Source: Gemmatimonadota bacterium (GTDB lineage: Bacteria; Gemmatimonadota; Gemmatimonadetes; Palauibacterales; Palauibacteraceae). From it: DNA of 64,000 nt. The position numbers were made by a program, and so were the translations under genes. This document shows positions 1 through 8,585 of this stretch, piece by piece. The DNA is taken from NCBI GenBank assembly GCA_022820995.1, contig JAJEEM010000059.1:71677-135676 (forward strand), read 5' to 3'. The notes under the pieces are model-generated. The model did no database searches, was not told where the DNA came from, and saw only the letters and a list, made by a program, of their open reading frames with translations. Each line of letters opens with the position of its first letter. The stretch's first letter is position 1.

Positions 1-478
1 CCGTTGACGGCCGCGACCACGGGCTGCGGCAACGTCTGGAGGGCCCGGTACACCCGCTGTCCCCTGTCGATGTAATCGCGGCGCCTTCGCTGCGAGCCCG
101 CGGGCGCGGCTCGTACTCCTCGGGACACCCGCTCCGCGGAATCGACATGGACGCGGCGCCCGTCCACGGGGGGCGTTTCGTCGCGGTGCGCCTTGAGGTC
201 CGCCCCGGAGCAGAATCCGCGGCCCGTGCCCGTCAGGATGACGACGCGGGTCTCCAGGTCGGCCGCGATGCGCGCGAGTTCGGCCTCCAGCATCTCGTAC
301 ATGGGGAGGCTGACGGCGTTGAGGCGATGGGGGCGGTTGAGGCGGAGGATCCGGACGGGACCCTCCGCCTCGACCAGAAGCGGGACTTCGGCTGCGGCGC
401 TCAGCTTCCCGCGTCGTCCGTCGTCGTGACGGGCTTCGCCGGCTTCACGTGCAGCTCGAGCCAGCGATCGGTCTCCCA
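1..478 (-). CDS. enoyl-CoA hydratase/isomerase (crotonase) family, partial: C-terminus lies beyond window start; start codon uncertain
   Basis: Reverse-complement translation of ~220-330 gives ...LETRVVILTGTGRGFCSGADLKAHRDE..., the classic crotonase oxyanion-hole motif; upstream reads ...EVPLLVEAEGPVRILRLNRP. Frame runs off position 1. Not in ORF track because incomplete. Start (GTG ~478?) is a guess. Confidence 0.55.
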
Positions 479-2872
479 CAGGACGTGCAGGACCGACTCG
501 CGCGCGGCGTACCCGTGGCTCTCGGCCGGCAGAAACACGAGCCGAGCCGTCGCGCCCAGCCCCTTCAGCGCCGCGTAGAAGCGCCGCGACTGGATGGGGA
601 AGGTGCCCGAGTTGTTGTCGTCCTCGCCGTGGATGATGAGGATCGGCTCGTTCACCTTGTCCGCGTGCATGAAGGGCGACATGTACAGGTAGAGGTCCGG
701 GTCCTCCCAGAAGAGCCGCTGCTCTCGCTGGAAGCCGAACGGCGTCAGCGTCCGGTTATAGGCGCCGCTCCGCGCCACGCCGGCCCGGAAGATGTCCGAG
801 TGGGCGAGCAGGTTGCCGGTCATGAAGGCGCCGTAGGAGTGTCCGCCGACGCCGACCCGATCCGGATCCACGACCCCGCGCCGCACGCCCTCGTCGACCG
901 CCGCCCGGGCGTTCGCCACCAACTGCTCGCGGAAGGAGTCGTTGGGCTCCGCGTCGCCCTCGCCGATGACCGGCATCGACGCATTGTCGAGCACCGCATA
1001 ACCCCGGGTCACGTACGGGACGGCGCCGCCGTAGGGGATCCGCGTGAACTGGTACGGCGAGTCGCGTCGCTGGCCGGCCGCCGCCGCGCTCTTGAACTCG
1101 GTCGGATACGCCCACACGAAGGTCGGGAGCGGACCATCGCGCTCCTGGTCGTAGTCCGCCGGCAGGTAGAGCGTCGCGGAGAGCGGGATGCCGTCCCCGC
1201 GCTCGTACTGGATCGCCTCCTTGCGGATGCCGGCAAACTGCGGATACGGGTGCGGGAACTCGGTCACCGCGCTGGTCGTCCCCCGCTCGAGGTCGCGCAG
1301 GAAGTAGTTCGGGGGCTCGTCCACGGACTCCCGGCGCGTCATCAGCCGCCCGTCTTCGAGGAGCGTGACCACGCCCTCGTAGTACGGCGCCTCGGAGCGG
1401 AACAACTCCTCTTCCTCTCCCGTCTCGAGGTTCCGCTTCCTGAGGAAGGGGCGGTTGCCTTCGGGCGACGCGCCCTGCCCCGCCAGGTAGATCGAGGATC
1501 CCCCGTCGGCGGTCATGAGGACGCCCTGGCCGCGCTCATTCGTCCTGAACATCGGGAAGCCGGGGTCGTTGTACCGGTCCTCCGTCTGCAGATCGAAGAT
1601 CAGCTCCATCTCGCCCGGGGCGTCCGGATCGATTCGGTAGGTGCGCTGCTGGCGGGTGGAGAACCAGTTCTCGTTCACGAAGGCGAACCCCTCCTCCGCC
1701 CACATCACGCCGCCGTAGCGGAGCGGGAGCGAGGCGATCGCCGCGGGTTCGCCGGAGAAGGGCGCCGCGTGCATGAACACCCGGTCGCGGATGTCCGCCT
1801 CGGCGAGGGCATCGCCGCCGTCCTGCGCCTCCGTCCAATACAGCGTCGCGTCCGCGTCGGCGCGCCACGAGATCGACCGCACGCCCGTCGGGACCGACCC
1901 GAACGACGTGGGGACGCCATCCTGGAGCGGGAGTTCGGCCACCCGGTGAACCACGTTCCCCTGCGTGTCCCACACCTCGATCGTGCTCGGGAAGCGGGAC
2001 GCCGGCACCTGGTACGAGTACGGCCGGTGAGTCGTCTGCACGAGCAGATGCTCGCCATCCGGCGAAGGCGAGGCGCCCGAGAAGATCGACGGATCTCCGA
2101 CCATGGCCACGGATCCGTCGAGGTCGACGCGGGCCAGCTGCGACGTCGAGTAGTACTCGTAGAGCGCCTCATCGTGCTGGTCCTGCAGCAGGTCCTGGTA
2201 GGTGCGGGCGGGGGCGGCTTCCCCCGAGGTCTCCTCGATCATGGGCGCCGTCGGAACGATCGGCTCGGCGGGCGCGGGGCCGCGGCCGGGCGGCACCGCC
2301 CTGGCGTAGAGGAAGTCTCCTTCCGGCGACCAGTTGAAGGGAGCCCCGAAGCCCACGTTCACGAGATCGAGGTCCGACAGCCGCCGCGCCGCCGCGGACG
2401 CGACGTCGAGGACCCAGAGCTGTACGGCCGAGTCGGTGTCGTGCGTGAACGCCACCGCGCTCCCGTTCGGCGACCAGCGCGTGTTGCGAATGCGCGGATT
2501 CTCCGGCAGGCCGGTCACGGCGCGCTCTTCCCCGTCGAAGGTGCGAAGCGCGAGGCCGTTCGAGGGCCGCGCGCGGCTGGGACCGTTCGTGCGCGGGTTG
2601 ATGCGCAGTCCGGCGATCCGCAGTTCGGGCGCGGCGACCTCGGCGATCGACGGCAGGCTCGGCCGCATCGTAAGCAGCATCACCGACTCGTCGGGACTCA
2701 GGCTGATCCCCGGGGTCGCCGGGGCGTCGACGAGCGCGGCGAGTTCGGCGGCCGGCGTCTGATAGCCGTCCGCACCCTCCTGCGCGGCGACATCCGCCGT
2801 GCCCGCGGCGAGAAGGAACGCGATGGAGAGGGAGAATCGAAGGATTCCGGGACTGCTGTGATCGTGTCGCAT
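401..2872 (-). CDS. S9 family serine peptidase (prolyl oligopeptidase/dipeptidyl aminopeptidase type) with N-terminal TolB-like beta-propeller; secreted
   Basis: Track ORF 401..3397 trimmed to ATG at 2872 (MRHDHSSPGILRFSLSIAFLLAAGTADVAAQEG = signal peptide). C-terminal GGHSYGAFMTGN (GxSxG nucleophile), DKVNEPILIIHGEDDNNSGT (Asp), ESHGY (His). N-terminal half has WSPDGS/TolB-like repeats. Confidence 0.85.
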   Translation of the reverse strand: MRHDHSSPGILRFSLSIAFLLAAGTADVAAQEGADGYQTPAAELAALVDAPATPGISLSPDESVMLLTMRPSLPSIAEVAAPELRIAGLRINPRTNGPSRARPSNGLALRTFDGEERAVTGLPENPRIRNTRWSPNGSAVAFTHDTDSAVQLWVLDVASAAARRLSDLDLVNVGFGAPFNWSPEGDFLYARAVPPGRGPAPAEPIVPTAPMIEETSGEAAPARTYQDLLQDQHDEALYEYYSTSQLARVDLDGSVAMVGDPSIFSGASPSPDGEHLLVQTTHRPYSYQVPASRFPSTIEVWDTQGNVVHRVAELPLQDGVPTSFGSVPTGVRSISWRADADATLYWTEAQDGGDALAEADIRDRVFMHAAPFSGEPAAIASLPLRYGGVMWAEEGFAFVNENWFSTRQQRTYRIDPDAPGEMELIFDLQTEDRYNDPGFPMFRTNERGQGVLMTADGGSSIYLAGQGASPEGNRPFLRKRNLETGEEEELFRSEAPYYEGVVTLLEDGRLMTRRESVDEPPNYFLRDLERGTTSAVTEFPHPYPQFAGIRKEAIQYERGDGIPLSATLYLPADYDQERDGPLPTFVWAYPTEFKSAAAAGQRRDSPYQFTRIPYGGAVPYVTRGYAVLDNASMPVIGEGDAEPNDSFREQLVANARAAVDEGVRRGVVDPDRVGVGGHSYGAFMTGNLLAHSDIFRAGVARSGAYNRTLTPFGFQREQRLFWEDPDLYLYMSPFMHADKVNEPILIIHGEDDNNSGTFPIQSRRFYAALKGLGATARLVFLPAESHGYAARESVLHVLWETDRWLELHVKPAKPVTTTDDAGS

Positions 2873-3064
2873 GGTACAGGCTCCAGCTGATGACCGACGT
2901 CGCGTGGTTCGTGATCGTGGCAACGGTGGCATAGTCCGAACCACCCGTAGCGCACGCAAGACGCGCCGCTGTCGCGCGCGCGACCCCGGTGCGATAGCGT
3001 TTCCGGGCCCGCGGGCGGCAGCGGCGTTCGCAGGCGCACACAAAAGGGAAAGGACGACAGGGAG

Positions 3065-3769
3065 ATGCGGATGATGGACGCACGTTACCTCCGGCTGTTT
3101 GCGGCGGGCGCCCTGGTGGCGGCGGGGTCGGCCGGCTGCGCACCCGGGGGAGATACCGAAGATGCCGACGCCTCCGCCGCGGCGGCCGAGGAGGCGGCTC
3201 AGGTGACGTCCCAAGGGGCGGCCCAGGTGGCGCTCGGGCCCGTGGATGGGCACGACCTGCCTCCGGCGGACCTCGAGCGGGTGCTCGCCGGCAGCCCCGC
3301 GCCCGACTTCACCGCCCTTTCGAGCACGGGCGAGCCGATCACCCTCTCGGACTACCGCGGAGAGAAGGACGTCATCCTCTTCTTCTACCGCGGCCACTGG
3401 TGACCGTACTGCGCAAAGCAGCTCGGAGAGCTGCGAGACTTCATGACGCCCGAACAGCGCGAACGGACCCAGCTCCTGGCGATCGCCCCGGACAGCCCCG
3501 AAGACATCGGACTAATGGTCGACCGCGTCCTCGAGGACTACGACTACGCCCTCGACTTCCCGCTGCTGTCGGATGACGGATCCGCGATCACCTACCGCTA
3601 CGGACTCCTGAACGAGGAGGACGGGCGCGGGCGCCAGATCCCGCACCCCACGACCTACGTCATCGACATGGACGGGACGGTGCGCTGGAGCTTCACCGAG
3701 GTGGACTACCGCGTCCGCCCCGAGCACGCCGACATCCTGGCCGCGCTCGAAGCCCTGGAGCAGCCGTAG
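3065..3769 (+). CDS. lipoprotein thioredoxin-fold redoxin (AhpC/TSA, PRX-like2 type) with in-frame TGA at 3401..3403 replacing first Cys of CxxC: candidate selenoprotein (U-P-Y-C); alternatively pseudogene/sequencing error
   Basis: Track ORFs 3065..3403 and 3443..3769 are in the same frame (both coordinate mod 3 = 2), separated only by TGA. Continuous translation ...APDFTALSSTGEPITLSDYRGEKDVILFFYRGHW[TGA]PYCAKQLGELRDF...FPLLSD...TYVIDMDGTVRW reads as a complete redoxin fold. N-term MRMMDARYLRLFAAGALVAAGSAGC = lipobox. Confidence 0.6.
3404..3434 (+). promoter_or_regulatory. candidate bacterial SECIS-like stem-loop immediately 3' of in-frame UGA
   Basis: gcagctc-gga-gagctgc perfect 7-bp stem at 3418..3434, 15 nt after UGA, G-containing apical loop; small cugc-gcaaa-gcag hairpin precedes it. 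Confidence 0.35.
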
Positions 3770-3783
3770 CGGGCCGTGGCAGA

Positions 3784-3811
3784 AGCCCCGCTGCGCTCGA
3801 GCGGCGGGGCT
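3784..3811. terminator. GC-rich inverted repeat between convergent genes (bidirectional terminator candidate, no T-tract)
   Basis: a-gccccgc-tgcgctcgagcg-gcggggc-t, palindromic around ctcgag; sits between redoxin stop (3769) and SDR stop (3810). Confidence 0.4.
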
Positions 3812-4751
3812 ACCGCGAGGCGGCGTCCTCCAGCCGGCAGCGGCCCATGCGGCAGGTGAGGCCGGTGAGTTCCTGACTCAGCTCCCGGAGGCGGGCGCGC
3901 GCCTCCGGGTCGTACGCCTGGGCGTTGGCCTCGGCGGGCCTGAGCCCGCTGAAGTACTGCCCGCTCTCGAAGTCATCGGAGTCGACGACCTGCATCGTCG
4001 CGTCGGCGCCCTCGGCGATGGTGGCGCGCGGGGTCGCGCCCAGCCGCCGCACCATGCCGGTCGGCATGTACGTCGCCGGATGGAGTGAGCCCACCACGAT
4101 GCCCGTCCCGGCCAGGTCCTCCGCGAGGTCGTGCGTGAACATGATCTGGGCGAGCTTGCTCTGTGCGTAGGCGCGGCGCCCGCTGAAATCGTTCTCGATC
4201 ATCACGTCGTCGAAGTCGATCGGCGCCTGTGCGCCGGACGACACGTTCACGATGCGCGACGGCGTGCTCTCGAGCAGCCGCGGCATCAGCAGGTGCGTCA
4301 GGAGGAAGGTGGAGAGGTAGTTCACCTGGAAGCGGTACTCGTGCCCGTCCTCTGTGACCCACCGCTCGTCCGGCGCCGACCCGAACCCCGCGTTGTTGAT
4401 CAGGATGTCCATCCGGTCGTAGTCGGCCAGCAGCGTCTCGGCGAAGGTCCGGACCTCCGCGAGCGACGCGAAGTCCGCGCGGTAGAAGCGGGCGCTCCCC
4501 GGCCCCGCCGCGTTGATGGCGTCCACCACCTCCGCTCCGCGCTCCTCGCTGCGCCCGTGGACGATGACGTGATCGCCCCGCGCGCCCAGCCGCAGGGCGA
4601 GTTCCCGGCCGAGGCCGGAAGTGGATCCGGTGACCAGGACCACCTTCTGTCCGGCGGCCGGCGCAGGGGTCGCCTGGGCCATGACTTCCGCGACGGAAGC
4701 GGACCAGGCGGACACGAGGACGGCAGCGGCCATCGCGATTTTTGTTGTCAT
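3810..4751 (-). CDS. short-chain dehydrogenase/reductase (SDR) with signal peptide
   Basis: Track ORF 3810..5219 trimmed to ATG 4751 (MTTKIAMAAAVLVSAWSASVA...), GGAGGA SD 8 nt upstream. VVLVTGSTSGLGRELA (TGxxxGxG), NNAG, YAQSKLA (YxxxK). Confidence 0.85.
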   Translation of the reverse strand: MTTKIAMAAAVLVSAWSASVAEVMAQATPAPAAGQKVVLVTGSTSGLGRELALRLGARGDHVIVHGRSEERGAEVVDAINAAGPGSARFYRADFASLAEVRTFAETLLADYDRMDILINNAGFGSAPDERWVTEDGHEYRFQVNYLSTFLLTHLLMPRLLESTPSRIVNVSSGAQAPIDFDDVMIENDFSGRRAYAQSKLAQIMFTHDLAEDLAGTGIVVGSLHPATYMPTGMVRRLGATPRATIAEGADATMQVVDSDDFESGQYFSGLRPAEANAQAYDPEARARLRELSQELTGLTCRMGRCRLEDAASR

Positions 4752-6718
4752 GGTACGAGTTCCTCCTCGACGAGGCGGGCGATCCACAGCCCGGAGTGGA
4801 GGTCGGAGGTGTAGATCCGGCCCTTGAACAGCTGGGCGCCCCACGTCATCGACCAGTTCGGCACCGCGGCGTTCGGCGATGACGTCTTGATGGCTCCGAT
4901 CTCGCGGCCCTGGCGATAAAGGTCGCCGCGCAGTTCCCCCGAAATATCCAGCACCCGCAGCCCCGCCTGATAGTAGCCGACGTAGAGCCGGTCGCGGTCG
5001 TCGCTCCACAGGTTGTGGGCTCCGGCCTCGGGCACGGTGTAGTGGGCGACCTTCACCGGGTCGTCCATGTTCGTCATGTCCAGGACCTCGACGAAGCCCC
5101 GCGCCTCGATGGGACCGAACGCGTTCGGATCCCAGTCGGACGGGTAGATCTCGGCCGCCACGAACAGGTACTTGCCGTGACGCCAGGCGACGTGCGTGTT
5201 CCCCTGCCCGGACACCCACCGCGAGACGAGCTTCGGGTCGCGGGCCGTGCCCCCGTGCGTGCCCGCCCCCGCGTCTAGGATATAAATGCCCTCGTTCCAG
5301 AACGATGCGTAGGCGTACCCGTCCTGGACGATGACGTCGTGCAGGCTGCGGACCGGTTCGTCGTGCACCCAGCGGTTGATCTCGCGCGGGTTCGCCGGAT
5401 CGGAGATGTCGATGATGACGATCTCGCTCGTGCCGTTATGGCAGGCGTAGACGAGATCCTCGTCCCCCAGGATCCAGACGTTGTGCACGCCCCCCGTCAC
5501 CGTGTCCGTGTACTCGGAGAGGATCTCCGGATGGGCGGGATTCGAGAGGTCGAGGAGGACGATCCCGTTCCTCCGGCTCGAGGCCCCCTCGCGGGTGACG
5601 ATCCCGAGGCGGTTGTCGGGGTGGATCTTCACGTCGTTGATGCGGCGGGCGTCGAGCTGGATGGAGTCGGTGAGGACCGGCTGCGCGGGGTCCGTCACGT
5701 CCCACACCTTCATCCAGTCGTGGTAGAAGGTCCCGAGGTAGGCGTAGTCGCGTCCGTCCACCCCCTCGAACACCCACGTGTCGCCGGCCCGGTGCGTGGA
5801 CGTGATCCCGCTGCCCACGAGTTCGAGCCGGGCCGTGTGGCGGCGGGGGCCGACGCGCACGGAGACCGTCCGGGCGATGGCCGGGCCCGCGATCGCGGTC
5901 ACGTGATAGGTGCCCGGCTCCTCCGCCACGAAGAGTCCGCGTCCGTCGACGGGTTCGACGCTCGCCCCGCTCGGCGTGACGCTCCACAGCGGCGCGAGGG
6001 CGATCTCCTCCCCGCTTCCGTCGCGGCCGAGCAGCCGAAACGCCGCGACATCTCCCGTCGAGAGCGAGGTCACATCACCGGAAGCCACCAGTTCGTAATC
6101 CTCGGCCGGGTTCGGCCGCACCGTGACCTCGACCTCCGTCGCGGCGGCGCCGGCGGAGACGGTCAGGACGGTCCGCCCGGGCACGTGGCCGAGGACGCGC
6201 CCCGCGTTGTCCACCGTCGCGATGGCGGGATCGGCCGAGGCGAACTCGAACTCGACGTCCTCCACGGCGCCGCCCATCGCCGTCCAGGCGCCGACATCGA
6301 GGGCGGCCGTCGCGCCCGCGTAGACGGGGCCGGCGACGCGGGCCTCGATCCGGTCGGCTTCGAGGCGGGGGACGACGATCCGGACCCAGCTCGGCTGGCC
6401 GCGGAACATCGCCGCCACGCGGGACTCGCCCGGCCGCACCGCGGTCACCAGCCCCTCGGCCGTCACCGTCACCCCATCGTCGGCCGCGAACCAGCGCACT
6501 TCCGAGGCGGCGCCCTCTTCCGCGGTCCCCTGGATCTCCGCGCTGAGCTGGAAGGACACGCCGACCTCGAGTTCGAGTTCAGCGGGCGAAGCGACCGCGT
6601 ACACCCGCTCCTGCGCCGAAAGAGGAGCCGCCAGGCCGACGGCGATCACGGTCGCCGCTGCCATGGCGGCCGCTCCGGCGACGGGAAGGGACAGGAACTG
6701 CGGGCGTGTCACTATCAT
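4748..6718 (-). CDS. secreted LVIVD-repeat beta-propeller protein with N-terminal Ig-like (Big_2-type) domains
   Basis: Trimmed to ATG 6718 (MIVTRPQFLSLPVAGAAAMAAATVIAVGLAAPLSAQE). Repeats IVLLDLSNPAHP, IVIIDISDPANP, IYILDAGAG, VEVLDMTNMDDP, LRVLDISGE = LVIVD repeat pattern. 4-bp ATGA overlap with upstream gene. Confidence 0.7.
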   Translation of the reverse strand: MIVTRPQFLSLPVAGAAAMAAATVIAVGLAAPLSAQERVYAVASPAELELEVGVSFQLSAEIQGTAEEGAASEVRWFAADDGVTVTAEGLVTAVRPGESRVAAMFRGQPSWVRIVVPRLEADRIEARVAGPVYAGATAALDVGAWTAMGGAVEDVEFEFASADPAIATVDNAGRVLGHVPGRTVLTVSAGAAATEVEVTVRPNPAEDYELVASGDVTSLSTGDVAAFRLLGRDGSGEEIALAPLWSVTPSGASVEPVDGRGLFVAEEPGTYHVTAIAGPAIARTVSVRVGPRRHTARLELVGSGITSTHRAGDTWVFEGVDGRDYAYLGTFYHDWMKVWDVTDPAQPVLTDSIQLDARRINDVKIHPDNRLGIVTREGASSRRNGIVLLDLSNPAHPEILSEYTDTVTGGVHNVWILGDEDLVYACHNGTSEIVIIDISDPANPREINRWVHDEPVRSLHDVIVQDGYAYASFWNEGIYILDAGAGTHGGTARDPKLVSRWVSGQGNTHVAWRHGKYLFVAAEIYPSDWDPNAFGPIEARGFVEVLDMTNMDDPVKVAHYTVPEAGAHNLWSDDRDRLYVGYYQAGLRVLDISGELRGDLYRQGREIGAIKTSSPNAAVPNWSMTWGAQLFKGRIYTSDLHSGLWIARLVEEELVP

Positions 6719-8379
6719 TCGCCCCCCGACACTGTGAAGGAGTTCGTTCGATACCAGCCGCGGAGCGGGTCGATGTGCGGGTCTACGAGGATGCTCGCCT
6801 CGTAGACCTGACGGTATTCGCCAGCCGCTTGCGCGGTGTAGGGGCATAGCATGCCGGTCGTCCGTCCCGTGCCCTCGATGTCGGCCCATTCCGAGGACGA
6901 GTCCGCCCTGCCCTGCCACCTGGACGCGTGTACGGTGTACACTCTCCCGTCGGGGGCGCGCGTGTTGATGATCGGCGGCGCGCAGACCGCGAGGTTCCGG
7001 CCGCGCAGGATGATCACGCCGTTGGCAACGGAGATGAGCGGGAACGGAGTGAAGCCCGAATCGTCCACCGCGAGCGTGATGTTCAAGTCGGCCGTGAGAT
7101 CTTCGGGATCCCTGGCGACCACGTTCACCTCGGTGGTTCCCACCCCTTCTCCCCTCACGATCACGACCGTGTGACCCGCCGTGTCCACCACCACCTCCGC
7201 GGAGGCCACTGATGTGTCTTCCATTGCGACGGAGAACTCGAGTTCATCGCCATCGGGGTCCGAGAAGATGGCCGCAGGCAGGAAGGGCTTGGGTCCGCCG
7301 CCGACCGAGAGGGAGATGATATCCGGAGCGCCGCCACCCACCTCGGGCGGCTGATTCTCGCCGCCCCCGCCGTCCGTAACCGTGAAGGCATTCTCGCTCC
7401 GGTAGTCTCCGATGAGTGGTTCCTGGTGCTCATCGGCCCGCAAGGTCAGGTTGAAGACAAGCCGATACTCGCCGGGGGTGGTCGTTTGGAACGTACAGAG
7501 GACACCCGTCGTCCGTTCGGTACCCTCGATATCCACCCACTCGCCGGCAGCGTCGCTTCGCGTCTGCCACTTCGAACTCGACACTGTGATGAGGGCGCCG
7601 AACCGAGTAGTCAGATTCACGACCGGGATGGTGCAGCCGCCGACGATGATGAGGCCGGTGAAGCTGAGCCGGTTCGGCTCCACGCTCGTCCGCCGCAACG
7701 GAGTGTAATCGGAATCCTCGACCGTCAGAGTCACGACCTGGCTCGCGGAGAGACCGGGTGCATCCGTGGCCGTGATCGTGAGTTCGGTCGTCCCGGCCGC
7801 CACGCCCATCATGACGATGCTGGAGTGCCCCTCTTCGTCGATCCGCAAGTCCGCGGAGGCGACGGCGGGATCGTCGACCTCGACCGCGAACACGAGGTCG
7901 GCGTCGTCACCGTCGGGATCGGTGAAGTACGCGGCCGGAAGAAAAAGCCCGGGCCCGCCGCCGGTACCCAGCGTCACGTCCGGAAACTCGATCCTCGCTT
8001 CGGGCGCCGCGCCGGCATCGACGGCCACCGAGGCCGTCGCACTGAGGGACTCGAACGACGCCTGCACACTGCCCGACCCGTTGCCGACGGCCGTCACCAC
8101 GCCGTTCGCATCGACCGTGAACACCGTGGGAGCGCCGCTCGACCAGGAGATCGCACCCTGGAAGGGCGCGCCGAACTGGTCGTTGATGGTGGCCGTGAAC
8201 TGGGCCGTCGCGCCGATCGACGCGAGATCGGCCGACTCCGGAGAGATGGAGATCGCCGCGGCCCGCGGCGGATCGGGTGGCGGCTCCGGTTCGACTGGGT
8301 CGTCACCGCCGCAACCCGGCAGGAGGGATGTGGCAACGATCGTCCCCGCGAGGGGGATCCTCAAACGCCTTGGGTCCAT
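6715..8379 (-). CDS. lipoprotein with Big_2-like Ig domain and two tandem ~190-aa duplicated modules
   Basis: MDPRRLRIPLAGTIVATSLLPGC lipobox; internal duplication FLPAAYFTDPDGDDADLVFAVEVDD... / FLPAAIFSDPDGDELEFSVAMEDT..., both ending ...TTG(V/M)LC...GEYR... Confidence 0.7.
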   Translation of the reverse strand: MDPRRLRIPLAGTIVATSLLPGCGGDDPVEPEPPPDPPRAAAISISPESADLASIGATAQFTATINDQFGAPFQGAISWSSGAPTVFTVDANGVVTAVGNGSGSVQASFESLSATASVAVDAGAAPEARIEFPDVTLGTGGGPGLFLPAAYFTDPDGDDADLVFAVEVDDPAVASADLRIDEEGHSSIVMMGVAAGTTELTITATDAPGLSASQVVTLTVEDSDYTPLRRTSVEPNRLSFTGLIIVGGCTIPVVNLTTRFGALITVSSSKWQTRSDAAGEWVDIEGTERTTGVLCTFQTTTPGEYRLVFNLTLRADEHQEPLIGDYRSENAFTVTDGGGGENQPPEVGGGAPDIISLSVGGGPKPFLPAAIFSDPDGDELEFSVAMEDTSVASAEVVVDTAGHTVVIVRGEGVGTTEVNVVARDPEDLTADLNITLAVDDSGFTPFPLISVANGVIILRGRNLAVCAPPIINTRAPDGRVYTVHASRWQGRADSSSEWADIEGTGRTTGMLCPYTAQAAGEYRQVYEASILVDPHIDPLRGWYRTNSFTVSGGE

Positions 8380-8585
8380 TCTCTACAGCCCGGAAAAAAG
8401 ATGAAGCTGTGCACGGTGTTGCGCGTGTGCGAGGTGTTTCGAACTGCCTTCTACTTGAACAACCGCTGCCGTGAAGATCAAGGTTCGCCGGCCAGGGCGG
8501 TTGACCCTCGTCGAACCGTGTCGGAGCTTCGCCGGAACCGAAGACCACGTGTGGGCGATGTCGGAGAGAAGCGGGTAAGTCGCGA

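Noticed and set aside
147-578. 143-aa + strand ORF at window start
   Set aside because: It overlaps the antisense crotonase and S9 peptidase coding sequences, and its translation shows no domain-like features.
3401-3403. Treating TGA as a genuine stop and calling two separate small genes (3065..3403, 3443..3769)
   Set aside because: Neither half is a complete fold alone, and the second half has no RBS or independent start context. Read-through gives a contiguous redoxin with the stop at the catalytic Cys position. Kept as a Sec candidate with the pseudogene alternative noted.
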